Source: Verrucomicrobiia bacterium (GTDB lineage: Bacteria; Patescibacteriota; Saccharimonadia; Saccharimonadales; Saccharimonadaceae). From it: a DNA stretch of 62,606 nucleotides. The stretch lies in NCBI GenBank assembly GCA_035493555.1, contig DATJIC010000007.1:1-62606 (forward strand), written 5' to 3'. Below are positions 1 to 8,750 of this stretch, in pieces. The notes beneath the pieces are model-generated. The model did no database searches, was not told the origin of the DNA, and saw only the letters and a list, made by a program, of their open reading frames with translations. How positions within the stretch are numbered: the first letter of the stretch is position 1; each line of letters starts with the position of its first letter. The position numbers and the translations under genes were made by a program.

Positions 1-193
1 CTACCATACCCGCCGAATGCGTTACGACGTGCGCTCCCCTCGTCATCCGGTCAAGTTTGTCCCGGTCTGTCATGGCTTCCCTGAAAGATATACCCTCAAA
101 GTCATCATCATGGTAAGCGGCGAGAGAGCGGGCTACTTTCTCGACCTGCTTGCTACCACTGGCGAAGCCGCCGACAATGACGTTGTGGGCCAT
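1..193 (-). CDS. alpha/beta-hydrolase-like protein; only the N-terminal part is present because the gene runs off the window. Paralog of the 228-863 gene.
   Basis: Manual minus-strand translation from the ATG at 193-191 gives MAHNVIVGGFASGSKQVEKVARSLAAYHDDDFEGISFREAMTDRDKLDRMTRGAHVVTHSAGMV, open to position 1. It is collinear with the N-terminus of the 228-863 product, including the shared V[VI]THSAGM motif. It is absent from the ORF track because it is truncated. Confidence 0.5.
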   Translation of the reverse strand, partial: MAHNVIVGGFASGSKQVEKVARSLAAYHDDDFEGISFREAMTDRDKLDRMTRGAHVVTHSAGMV

Positions 194-227
194 AGTAGAC
201 TAATTATACCATAAAGCTACAACAATT

Positions 228-863
228 CTAGCGGCTTAGCTGGGCAAGCACTTCGGCGGGATAAAACACAAACTCGTCATGGTGGCCCAATAGGTTGTCG
301 CATATATTTACGCCGTGTTCGCGGGCAATGGCAATGTGCGGATGGTGCACTGATTCGGGGAACAGGAGTTCGTTTTCCATAAAGCCCAGCGTTACCTTTG
401 TACCGCCCTGTGTCATCTCAACCGCTGTCTGCGCCGCATTAAAGGCACTTATCTCTCTCGTAAGCAAACTATTCTGCAGCGGCCGAGAAACACGTTCAAA
501 AAAAGAATGCAGATGATACATGAGAATTTTACGCGGCCTTCCATGCGATTCGGACCCACTTGCGATGAGTGCCAGCGTTTTAGGGAACGAACGCAGTAAC
601 AATAGCGACGCGAAAACGGGCATCGGCGGAGCAATAGCGATCAGCTCTTTTGGCGTCGTGTTCTTAAGCAGCATCATGCCGGCCGAGTGCGTAATAACAA
701 GACACTCCGGCGCAAGCCGGGCTACTTTAGCCTTGTTTTTATACGCCTCACTAAAGGACATACCTATGACATTGGCGCCAAAATAGTTCGCTAAAGCGTC
801 CGCAATCAAAGCGGCGAGATAAGAATCACTCCCTACCCCGCCGATATATAGTATTTTTTTCAT
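228..863 (-). CDS. hypothetical alpha/beta-hydrolase-like protein
   Basis: 211-aa ORF with a TAG stop. It starts with an N-terminal beta-strand plus GG (ILYIGGVG). It carries ITHSAGM, which resembles a GxSxG nucleophile elbow. I recognise no specific family. Confidence 0.45.
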   Translation of the reverse strand: MKKILYIGGVGSDSYLAALIADALANYFGANVIGMSFSEAYKNKAKVARLAPECLVITHSAGMMLLKNTTPKELIAIAPPMPVFASLLLLRSFPKTLALIASGSESHGRPRKILMYHLHSFFERVSRPLQNSLLTREISAFNAAQTAVEMTQGGTKVTLGFMENELLFPESVHHPHIAIAREHGVNICDNLLGHHDEFVFYPAEVLAQLSR

Positions 864-889
864 CCTACTATTACGATACTACAGAATGC

Positions 890-2512
890 TTAGATCACCC
901 TATTGATCTCGTCAAGTGTTGTCTCCCCGCGAAGCGCGGCAAGCACACCCACCTGGAGAAGTGTCAGCATCCCGCCCTTTCTTGCTTCTTCTTCAATCAC
1001 TTCAGTGTGGATCTCTTTTACATCACCGCGAAGGAACTTCTGGATGTTTTCGTTTACTACCATCTGCTCCATAATGACCACACGGCCTTTATACCCAAAA
1101 GGCACGTCGTCACTCGGAACCGGCCGCCAGAGCTTAAAGTTATCGAGATCGGGCTTCTCAACGTCATCCGGAAGGTCCTTTAAAATACCCCGGACATAAT
1201 CACGTGTCGCTTCGTCGGGCTCGTATTCCTCTTTCGTTGCGTCATACAGACGGCGCACAAGCCGCTGCGCAATCAGCATACGGATAGCAGAGCTAAAGAT
1301 AGGGTTAACACCGATAAGATCAATCATACGGCTGAATGCCGCGCTTGTTGAGTTGGCGTGAAAGCTTGAAAGCACAAGATGACCTGTAATTGAGGCCTGG
1401 ATAGCCGTTTTGGCAGTATCCTGGTCACGGATCTCACCCACCATCACGACATCAGGGTCAAGACGCAGTACGCTGCGCAAACCTTCGGCAAAACTCTGGC
1501 CGCCCGTTGTATTAATAGGAATCTGCGAAATACCGCTTAGGCCATACTCGATCGGGTCTTCAAGCGTAATAAGCTTGCGGTCGGGGGTATTTAATGCGTT
1601 AAGCATACTATACAGCGTCGTCGACTTACCCGAGCCGGTTGGACCAACCATCAGCACCATGCCGCGAGGATGGCTGATCACATCGTCGATCTCTTTGCGC
1701 TGCCTATCGGGGATGCCAAGAAGATCAAGGTTAAGCAGGCTTTCGTCAAAGTTAAACAAACGGAGTACGGCGTCCTGGCCATACATGGTAGGCACTGTTT
1801 CGACACGAATGTTTAACAGATGTGTCGCTCCGCCGCGCGTGATCTCTTTTTGCATATGCCCGGATTGCGCCTCATTTGCCGCGGAAGAAACGTTTGCCCT
1901 TGAAGCGAGTTCGCCCATAATAATGCGGTACCTGTCTTTATCAAGATTAGCAACGGGGTGAAGCGCACCGTCAACGCGCATACGAACACGGATATAGGTC
2001 CGTTCGTTTTCAATGTGGATATCGCTTGCGTTCAGCTTGTCGGCCTGATCGATAAGATAGTCGAAAACACGGTCGCTTCCTACGGAGTTAAGCGTTTGGC
2101 TCACCTGGGAAAGTGTATCGCTGTCGCCCTCTTTGGCAATTTCAATATCGTCGTAAATAATTTGTTTTGGCGGGTCAAACCGCTTCATAAATTCACGGAA
2201 GGCACTTCCGCTAATAAGTAGGAACTGCGTTTTATCGCCGCGGTCGCTGTACTCGTTTTCCATTGCCTTTATAAGCGACTGGGGTGTTTGGCTCGTTACG
2301 CCAAAACGAAACGGCTCGATACCTCCGCCAGCAACAAGTGGTACGATATGCCCCTTGTACATGTCGGCATTCTCAAGAATACCCTTTGCAAGCGGCAGGT
2401 CGTTTTCAAGCGTGCGGGTATCCAGGTACTGAAGCCCTAAAATAGCCGCCCGCTGCTGGGTTGCTTTCTCGTCTTGGTCGCGTCGGCGTTCCTGGATTTT
2501 TTCTTCATCCAT
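890..2512 (-). CDS. pilB: type IV pilus / type II secretion assembly ATPase (GspE/PilB family)
   Basis: 540 aa. It has a GspII_E N-terminal-like region (AILGLQYLD), Walker A GPTGSGKST, the Asp box LEDPIEY, Walker B VVMVGEIRD and the His box SSFHANS. Confidence 0.85.
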   Translation of the reverse strand: MDEEKIQERRRDQDEKATQQRAAILGLQYLDTRTLENDLPLAKGILENADMYKGHIVPLVAGGGIEPFRFGVTSQTPQSLIKAMENEYSDRGDKTQFLLISGSAFREFMKRFDPPKQIIYDDIEIAKEGDSDTLSQVSQTLNSVGSDRVFDYLIDQADKLNASDIHIENERTYIRVRMRVDGALHPVANLDKDRYRIIMGELASRANVSSAANEAQSGHMQKEITRGGATHLLNIRVETVPTMYGQDAVLRLFNFDESLLNLDLLGIPDRQRKEIDDVISHPRGMVLMVGPTGSGKSTTLYSMLNALNTPDRKLITLEDPIEYGLSGISQIPINTTGGQSFAEGLRSVLRLDPDVVMVGEIRDQDTAKTAIQASITGHLVLSSFHANSTSAAFSRMIDLIGVNPIFSSAIRMLIAQRLVRRLYDATKEEYEPDEATRDYVRGILKDLPDDVEKPDLDNFKLWRPVPSDDVPFGYKGRVVIMEQMVVNENIQKFLRGDVKEIHTEVIEEEARKGGMLTLLQVGVLAALRGETTLDEINRVI

Positions 2513-2521
2513 ATCTTTTGT

Positions 2522-2530
2522 AGTTTACCA
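2522..2530 (-). promoter_or_regulatory. extended -10 box TGGTAAACT for pilB, 9 nt upstream of its ATG (leaderless or near-leaderless)
   Basis: The reverse complement of 2513-2530 is TGGTAAACTACAAAAGAT, followed directly by the ATG at 2512. There is no SD sequence. Confidence 0.4.
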
Positions 2531-2552
2531 TAAAAGCGTGACCGTTTTATAG

Positions 2553-2561
2553 TGGTATAAT
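2553..2561 (+). promoter_or_regulatory. extended -10 box TGGTATAAT for the SpoU-family gene, 7 nt upstream of its ATG (leaderless)
   Basis: Positions 2553-2561 read TGGTATAAT, followed by CAGTCAG and then the ATG at 2569. There is no SD sequence. It is divergent from the pilB promoter within a 56-nt spacer. Confidence 0.5.
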
Positions 2562-2568
2562 CAGTCAG

Positions 2569-3057
2569 ATGCCCGAAATTATTGTTATTGCTCATAATAT
2601 TCGCTCCACCCATAATGTTGGGGCTATTTTTCGCAGCAGTGAGGGCTTTGGCGTACAAAAAATTATTTTAAGCGGATACACCCCCTACCCTTCTTATGAC
2701 GGTGACAAGCGATTGCCACATATTGCAGAGAAGCTCACTGCCCAGATTCACAAAACGGCACTCGATGCCGAAACAATTGTCCCTTTTGAGTACCAGGAGA
2801 CACCGGATTTTAACGCACTGCGAGCCTCCGGTTATACGGTTGTTGGACTCGAACAAGCACCAAACTCCATACTGCTTCCAAACTATGCGCCACCTAAAAA
2901 AATCGCACTGTTGCTTGGGGAAGAAGTAAACGGTATACCAGCCGAGCTACTAAAGGAGTGCCGAGATATAATCGAGATTCCAATGAGCGGCAAAAAAGAA
3001 TCGTTCAACGTGAGCGTAGCGGCCGGCATTGCGCTGTACCAGCTCGCCTGCAAGTAG
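2569..3057 (+). CDS. SpoU/TrmH-family RNA 2'-O-methyltransferase
   Basis: 162 aa. Motifs IRSTHNVGAIFRSSEGFGV, LLLGEEVNGI and IPMSGKKESFNVSVAAGIALY are typical SPOUT motifs 1-3. Confidence 0.8.
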   Translation: MPEIIVIAHNIRSTHNVGAIFRSSEGFGVQKIILSGYTPYPSYDGDKRLPHIAEKLTAQIHKTALDAETIVPFEYQETPDFNALRASGYTVVGLEQAPNSILLPNYAPPKKIALLLGEEVNGIPAELLKECRDIIEIPMSGKKESFNVSVAAGIALYQLACK

Positions 3058-3059
3058 TC

Positions 3060-4250
3060 CTACTGGTCTCTGAAGTGGACAAATACGACACCGGACGAGG
3101 CGATATCCATCGTACTGTATTCGCCGGTGCCACCAAAGTTATACTGGCTGACATGAACCCAGCCGCCGCCCTGGATAGATTCAACAAGCATTGCGTGTCC
3201 GATTGGCGAGAAGCCAGGCGTAGGTGGCAAGATAGCTACCGAACCCACTGAAGGCGTGTGGTCGGTGTAGGCGCCCATGCGCTGGGTTGTTGAAGGCCAT
3301 TGGTAGGCGTTACCTTCGCCTGCAAAGTTTGTCACGTATTTACCAAAGCGATTTACCGCCGCCCAAGCCGTGTAGCTAACGCATTCACGGTTGTAGAGAC
3401 CCCATGGATCGGAGTAGGAGTCCTGTGGTCCACAGTACGTATACCCGCCGCTACACCCCATGTTACCGCTATAGTTACGGAACTGGAACGAACCAATAGA
3501 GCCGTAGTTGTAGGCACCGCCGCCCGTAGCGCGGGCGATTGCTGCCTGCTGCTCAGCCGCGATTTGCGCCATTTGTGCTTGCCCATTGGCAACTCGCTTT
3601 TCGTAGGCCGCCTCGCTACCTTTGGTCTGATTAAGCAGGGTCTGCTTTTCGGCCTCCTTGGCAGCAAGTGCAGCGCGCTGGGCTGTTTGCTGGTCGAGAA
3701 CTTTTTTAACCTCTTTTTGGTCGTGTTCCAGTTTTTCTTTGAGCGACTTGATTTCAGAGATCGTTGAGTTTAATTTATCACGAACACTCGATTGATACGT
3801 GTTTTTGTCCATATATTCGCCGACGTTCTTGCTACTGGCGAGCATCTCAAGTGGCGACACGTCGCCGTCAACATACAGGTCGGCAATGATATCGCCCAGT
3901 GCTTTTTGGTTGTTTTTGAGCTTTTGCTTGTTTTTGGCTATATCGCTTGTTAATTTGTCGAACCTTGCCTGCGATAAATCTAGTTGGGCCTGGATGGCAT
4001 TTTTCTCAGCAGTTAATGCGTTGACGGCAGCCTGTAAAGAACCTGCCTTTTTATGTAATTTATCTGCTTGGTCCTGGTATTGGTTTACTTGGTCCCGTAT
4101 CGCATTGATTTGGTCGTCATATTGGTCGGCATGGACGGCATTGTTTGTCAGTTGCAATGGCCCGGCAATCGCCACTAAGGTAGCACACACGCCAATAACG
4201 ACCCTGGAGAGCCTTGTTCGGAGTGATGATACTTGTCGGTTTCTTTTCAC
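3060..4250 (-). CDS. secreted coiled-coil protein with a C-terminal CHAP peptidoglycan hydrolase domain (PcsB-like architecture)
   Basis: 396 aa. It has an N-terminal signal/TM segment and a long Q/K/A-rich heptad region. The C-terminus contains ECVSYTAWAA (catalytic Cys context) and GHAMLVESI (His), as in CHAP domains. Confidence 0.7.
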   Translation of the reverse strand: MKRNRQVSSLRTRLSRVVIGVCATLVAIAGPLQLTNNAVHADQYDDQINAIRDQVNQYQDQADKLHKKAGSLQAAVNALTAEKNAIQAQLDLSQARFDKLTSDIAKNKQKLKNNQKALGDIIADLYVDGDVSPLEMLASSKNVGEYMDKNTYQSSVRDKLNSTISEIKSLKEKLEHDQKEVKKVLDQQTAQRAALAAKEAEKQTLLNQTKGSEAAYEKRVANGQAQMAQIAAEQQAAIARATGGGAYNYGSIGSFQFRNYSGNMGCSGGYTYCGPQDSYSDPWGLYNRECVSYTAWAAVNRFGKYVTNFAGEGNAYQWPSTTQRMGAYTDHTPSVGSVAILPPTPGFSPIGHAMLVESIQGGGWVHVSQYNFGGTGEYSTMDIASSGVVFVHFRDQ

Positions 4251-4311
4251 TATTACCTACGCTACCATAAGCAAAATATGCACGCAATGGCTCGACCCCT
4301 GTAGGCGTTGT

Positions 4312-6633
4312 TTATTTTAATACGACGCAATCTTCACCAAGTTTTTTAACAAGCGAGCTGATAAGATCGTCGCTTCCGTCAACACGAAATGGCAGCTTGA
4401 TTGCAGACTTTTTATCTGCCCCCAGTACCAGAATGATATCGGTATTACCCACGAACTGGCTGCAGGTCTGCTTGAGGTCCATTAATGCCTCGTGGTTATC
4501 GGGTTCACGGACATGCACGAATAGTTTTTTAACGGGCGGGATATCCATAATAGGCCGGGGGGATTCGCGCTTCGGCGCCTCCTCTTTTGGCGGCGGGCTT
4601 GCGGGCGCACTTACCGAGCCGCCTGTCTTTTTTGCCCGATGTTCGGCAACACGCATCGCCTTTACCTGCGAACTCATGCGCGGTGTTTCCATTTTACGGC
4701 CGGTTGCCTCGTAGGTACGCAGCTCTTGATCGGTTACCTCTACGATTTCATCAGCGATCATTTTTGCTTCGTCACCCAGGTTACCGTCCCGGTCTCGCGC
4801 GCTCACCTTGCCCGATACCCGCATTACCGCATCCTGCACCAACTTGGCTCCCACTTGCTCATACAAATTAGGAAAAATAATTATCTCGCCCTCGCCCGTT
4901 TTATCTTCCAGTTTAACAAACGCCATTTTAGTACCCGACTTAGTAATAATCGTCCTCACGGTGCTCACAAGGCCTCCGACGGTTGCTTTTTTACCATCGA
5001 TCGCCGGTTTCATGTGTGCTAGCGGAATTGTCTGCTCTTCAAAGTACGTATCGTAATTATCAAGCGGGTGCGCGCTAATATAAAGACCGAGCAGTTCGCG
5101 CTCCCAGGTGAGGTGTTCTTTTTCCGTGTATTTTGTCGGTGCCGTTTGAAGAGTCATGGTCGACTGAATACTCGAGACGTCGCTCAGGCCGCCAAAAAGA
5201 TCGGTCTGGCCGCTTAAGGCTTCCTTTTGTACTTTGCTGGCAAACCCCTGTATGGTTTCCAGGTTAAATAAAAGGTCGGAACGGTCGCCAAACTCATCAA
5301 ACCCGCCGGATTTTATAAGTGACTCCCATGCTTTTTTGTTGAACTTGCTCACGCTGACGCGCCTGGCGAAATCCTCAATGCTCGTAAATTTTCCATCTCC
5401 CCGGGCACGCAGGACTTCCTCGACAGCGCCAACGCCCACGCCTTTGACCGCAGCCATCCCAAAGCGGATCTCGTTCTCTCCCGGCACGACGGCAAACTCA
5501 ACATAGGAGTCGTTGACACTTGGCGACAACACCTTAAGCCCCATGTGCTTGCACTCGCTGATTTCAATCGCAAGCCGGTCAATATCATCCTGGTCGCTTG
5601 TCATAACCGCCGCCATAAATGCGTCTGGATAGTGTGCCTTTAGATACGCCGTCCAGTACGAAATTAACCCGTAGCATGCCGCGTGTGATTTGTTAAAACA
5701 GTAGTTTGCAAACTCTTCCAGCTGTGCCCAGAATGTTTCGGCAACCTCTTTTTTGGCGCCACCATGCTTTATAGCACCTTCAACAAAGTCGACTTTTACC
5801 TTGCGCATGAGGTCGATCTTCTTTTTACCTACCGCCTTACGAAGCGTGTCGGCCTGTCCACCGGTAAACCCGCACCACTCTTTGGAAATCTGCATGAACT
5901 GTTCCTGGTAAACCAAAATTCCATAGGTGCTCTTAAGGGAGTTCTCCATGCCCTTGTCGAGGTAGGTAATTGGTTCCTGGCCGTGTTTTCGCTTAATAAA
6001 GCTGTCGATAAACTGCATAGGACCAGGGCGATACAGCGCCACCATGGCGATGATATCTTCAAAAACCGTTGGCTTAAGATCGCGCAGGTAGCGTTTCATA
6101 CCAGCAGACTCAAGCTGGAATACACCGGTTGTATCACCGCGCTGGAACAGTTCGTACGTTTTTACGTCGTCAAGCGGAATCTTAGAAAGATCAATCTCGT
6201 CTTTGTACACCTTGCGGATAATACGGAGCGCATTGTTAATGATCGTCAGGTTGGATAGACCCAGAAAGTCCATCTTTAGCAGACCGAGCTCCTCAACCTC
6301 ACCCATTGGGAACTGGGTTGATACGACTCCTTTTTGAGCCATTTCAAGCGGCAGATACTTTACCAGATCATCGGGCGCAATCACAACGCCGCAGGCATGC
6401 ACGCCGTGCGACCGGATAGTCCCCTCAAGACGAATAGCATAGTCAAACACCTGTTTCGCCGTTGGATTAGTCTCGTACTCCTTTTTAAGGTCAAGATCTT
6501 CCTTAACGCTTACTTTCAGGGGTATATGACGGCCTTGCGCTGGTGGCGGAATCATCTTAGAAAGACGGTCGGCCTCAGAATACGGCACCTGCAAAACACG
6601 CGCGACATCGCGTACCGCCGCCCGTGCAGCCAT
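4312..6633 (-). CDS. dnaE: DNA polymerase III alpha subunit, C-terminal 773-aa segment (rest of palm, fingers, beta-binding region, OB fold)
   Basis: It starts MAARAAVRDVARVLQVPY and contains KMDFLGLSNLT (third catalytic Asp motif), YRPGPM, FNKSHAACY and an OB-fold-like region. It is in the same frame as 6637-8046, separated only by TGA-AAA. Confidence 0.85.
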   Translation of the reverse strand: MAARAAVRDVARVLQVPYSEADRLSKMIPPPAQGRHIPLKVSVKEDLDLKKEYETNPTAKQVFDYAIRLEGTIRSHGVHACGVVIAPDDLVKYLPLEMAQKGVVSTQFPMGEVEELGLLKMDFLGLSNLTIINNALRIIRKVYKDEIDLSKIPLDDVKTYELFQRGDTTGVFQLESAGMKRYLRDLKPTVFEDIIAMVALYRPGPMQFIDSFIKRKHGQEPITYLDKGMENSLKSTYGILVYQEQFMQISKEWCGFTGGQADTLRKAVGKKKIDLMRKVKVDFVEGAIKHGGAKKEVAETFWAQLEEFANYCFNKSHAACYGLISYWTAYLKAHYPDAFMAAVMTSDQDDIDRLAIEISECKHMGLKVLSPSVNDSYVEFAVVPGENEIRFGMAAVKGVGVGAVEEVLRARGDGKFTSIEDFARRVSVSKFNKKAWESLIKSGGFDEFGDRSDLLFNLETIQGFASKVQKEALSGQTDLFGGLSDVSSIQSTMTLQTAPTKYTEKEHLTWERELLGLYISAHPLDNYDTYFEEQTIPLAHMKPAIDGKKATVGGLVSTVRTIITKSGTKMAFVKLEDKTGEGEIIIFPNLYEQVGAKLVQDAVMRVSGKVSARDRDGNLGDEAKMIADEIVEVTDQELRTYEATGRKMETPRMSSQVKAMRVAEHRAKKTGGSVSAPASPPPKEEAPKRESPRPIMDIPPVKKLFVHVREPDNHEALMDLKQTCSQFVGNTDIILVLGADKKSAIKLPFRVDGSDDLISSLVKKLGEDCVVLK

Positions 6634-6636
6634 TTT

Positions 6637-8046
6637 TCAAAACGTGACGATATTGGACACATGGTCGGCGCCGTATTTGTCGGAACAATACTGGATCACC
6701 TCGTCACGACGGGTATCCTGAATATCCACGTCGATATCGGGCATGCTAATACGGTCGGGGTTCAGGAACCGCTCGAACAGCAGTCCGTACTTGAGCGGAT
6801 CGAGATCGGTGACGTTAAGCGCGTACGCGATAATAGAGCCGGCTGCAGACCCACGGCCAGGGCCAAAAATAATTCCCTTGGATTTACCCCAGTTAATAAA
6901 GTCCTGCACAATCAAAAAGTAACCGTTATAGCCCATGTTCTCAAGAACAGCCAATTCCATGTCGAGGCGTTCAAGCTGCTCACTGCTCAGTAGCGGCCGG
7001 ATAGCTTCAATAGACATAGTATTTGCTTTTTCAGGCTCAATACCAGCATATCGCGCAGCCATACCTCTATACACCAACTTGTCGAGGAACGATTTTTCCG
7101 TCTCACCCTCTGGAACAGGAAACGTCGGAATGAGGATACGGCCAAGCTCAATCTCAACATTGCAGCGATCAGCAATCCTGCGAGTATTTAAAACAGCTTC
7201 GGGGTGCGTTTTACTCCATCGGCCAATTATCTCTTGAGGGTCGGTGACATGCAGCTCGAACCCCTTAAGGCTCATTCTTTTTTCGTCAGAAAGAAACGCA
7301 CCAGTCCCCACACAGAGCAGGATCTCGTGAGTATCCGAGTCTTCGTGCTTCACATAATGGGCGTCGCTCGTTACTACGCAAGGAATATCAAGCTCCTCCG
7401 AAAGCCGTTCCAAGTACCCATTAATTTTGACCTGGACGTCCCACTGGGCAGGCGCGTCCGGGTGGCCGTGATCCTGAAGTTCCAGATAATACCTGTCGCC
7501 AAATAAATTCTTGTACCACGACGCGACTTTCTTTGCCTCTTCATAGTTGTCGGCACGCAGGTTTTCACCTACCTCACCGCTCGCGCACCCAGATATGGCA
7601 ATCAGCCCTTCGTTGTATTTCTCAAGCAGATCATGATCGATGCGCGGCTTATAATACATTCCCTCAAGGTTTGCCGATGTCGAGAGCTGCATAAGGTTGC
7701 GGAGCCCCGTTTCGTTCATAGAAAGAAGTGTCAGGTGATACCGGGCTTTGTCTTTTGCTGGGTCGCGATCAAAGCGGGACCTAGCCGCGACATACGCCTC
7801 CATACCCAAGATAGGTTTGATTCCTGCAGCTTTTGCCGCTTTGTAAAATTCAATAGTACCCGACATGGTCCCGTGGTCGGTAATAGCACACGCTTCCATG
7901 CCCATCTCTTTGATACTATCGACAAGCTCACCCACCTTGGTGAGACCATCAAGCAGGCTATGGTGCGTGTGATTATGCAAATGAACATAGTCAGACACTA
8001 CCAATTGGGCCGCCTGGGCCGGTTTTTCTTTTACTGCCTCCCCCAT
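6637..8046 (-). CDS. dnaE: DNA polymerase III alpha subunit, N-terminal 469-aa segment (PHP domain and start of palm), ending at an in-frame TGA
   Basis: PHP motifs are present ([22 protein letters not shown]). PDIDVDI carries the two catalytic Asp. It ends ...[11 protein letters not shown]. Confidence 0.85.
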   Translation of the reverse strand: MGEAVKEKPAQAAQLVVSDYVHLHNHTHHSLLDGLTKVGELVDSIKEMGMEACAITDHGTMSGTIEFYKAAKAAGIKPILGMEAYVAARSRFDRDPAKDKARYHLTLLSMNETGLRNLMQLSTSANLEGMYYKPRIDHDLLEKYNEGLIAISGCASGEVGENLRADNYEEAKKVASWYKNLFGDRYYLELQDHGHPDAPAQWDVQVKINGYLERLSEELDIPCVVTSDAHYVKHEDSDTHEILLCVGTGAFLSDEKRMSLKGFELHVTDPQEIIGRWSKTHPEAVLNTRRIADRCNVEIELGRILIPTFPVPEGETEKSFLDKLVYRGMAARYAGIEPEKANTMSIEAIRPLLSSEQLERLDMELAVLENMGYNGYFLIVQDFINWGKSKGIIFGPGRGSAAGSIIAYALNVTDLDPLKYGLLFERFLNPDRISMPDIDVDIQDTRRDEVIQYCSDKYGADHVSNIVTF

Positions 8047-8101
8047 ACTATTCTTATTATAGCAAGTCCTTCACCTGCTTAGAGCGTTATGTTTACAACG
8101 C

Positions 8102-8392
8102 TTATTTTTTTGTGTTTTGCAGCGTTTGCTGAAGCTGCTCGACCGAGTGCCCTATACCGGGAATATCAATAAAAAAGCTCATAAGCCATACCGCAAGCGC
8201 CAGGATAACCGTTCCGCCTATAACACTTCCCAGTCCAAAGAATATCCCCCGCACAAAATTCATTTTATAAATTTCAACTCGGTTACGATTAAAATCGTAA
8301 AACAGATCTTCTAGCAGGTTCTCCCGTGCACCGCGCTCGTTGCCCTTCTTAATTTCGTGGATGGCCTTTTTTGCAATGTTTCTTTCCGTCAT
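8102..8392 (-). CDS. small membrane protein (hypothetical)
   Basis: I chose the ATG at 8392 (MTERNIAKK...) because GGAGGAAGC immediately precedes it. There is one central hydrophobic hairpin (GIFFGLGSVIGGTVILALAVWLMSFF). Confidence 0.45.
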   Translation of the reverse strand: MTERNIAKKAIHEIKKGNERGARENLLEDLFYDFNRNRVEIYKMNFVRGIFFGLGSVIGGTVILALAVWLMSFFIDIPGIGHSVEQLQQTLQNTKK

Positions 8393-8462
8393 GCTTCCTC
8401 CATATAAAATGACACACCGTTTATTTAAGTGTGTCATTCTTTTGATTCGTAATCAAGGCGCT

Positions 8463-8741
8463 TTATTTTCCGCTTTCGTTAAAGCCCTTCTTTGCTGCCT
8501 CAACGGCGCGTTCGCTCCGCTCTTTCAGCTCAACGGCCTTATCCGTAAGATCGCCAACGACCTCTTCAGAGCGGTCTTTTACATCACCCGCACGCTTAGC
8601 GGCTTCTTCTTTTAGCTCGCTCGCTTTTTCTTTTAAGTCGGCACGCGTTTCTTTGCCCGACTTTGGTGCGGTCAGAAGTCCGGCAACAATGCCAGCCGCA
8701 GCCCCTACAATAGCACCTAGTGCAAACTTACCTTTCGTCAT
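8463..8741 (-). CDS. YtxH-domain general-stress-like protein
   Basis: 92 aa. The N-terminus GAIVGAAAGIVAGLLTAPKSGKETRADLKEKA is the typical YtxH signature, followed by a charged helical tail. Confidence 0.7.
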   Translation of the reverse strand: MTKGKFALGAIVGAAAGIVAGLLTAPKSGKETRADLKEKASELKEEAAKRAGDVKDRSEEVVGDLTDKAVELKERSERAVEAAKKGFNESGK

Positions 8742-8750
8742 AGCTCCCCC

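Noticed and set aside
17-214. The 65-aa plus-strand ORF at the window start
   Set aside because: It is antisense to the partial hydrolase paralog, whose translation aligns with the neighbouring gene. The plus-strand product has no features.
6637-6639. Genome-wide reassignment of UGA to Gly (genetic code 25, as in Absconditabacteria/Gracilibacteria) as the explanation for the dnaE stop
   Set aside because: TGA terminates at least six well-delimited genes here at their expected C-termini, in ATGA overlaps (14107, 26324, 37141, 39836, 43878, 44345). No other conserved protein in the window shows an internal TGA. The standard code 11 fits.
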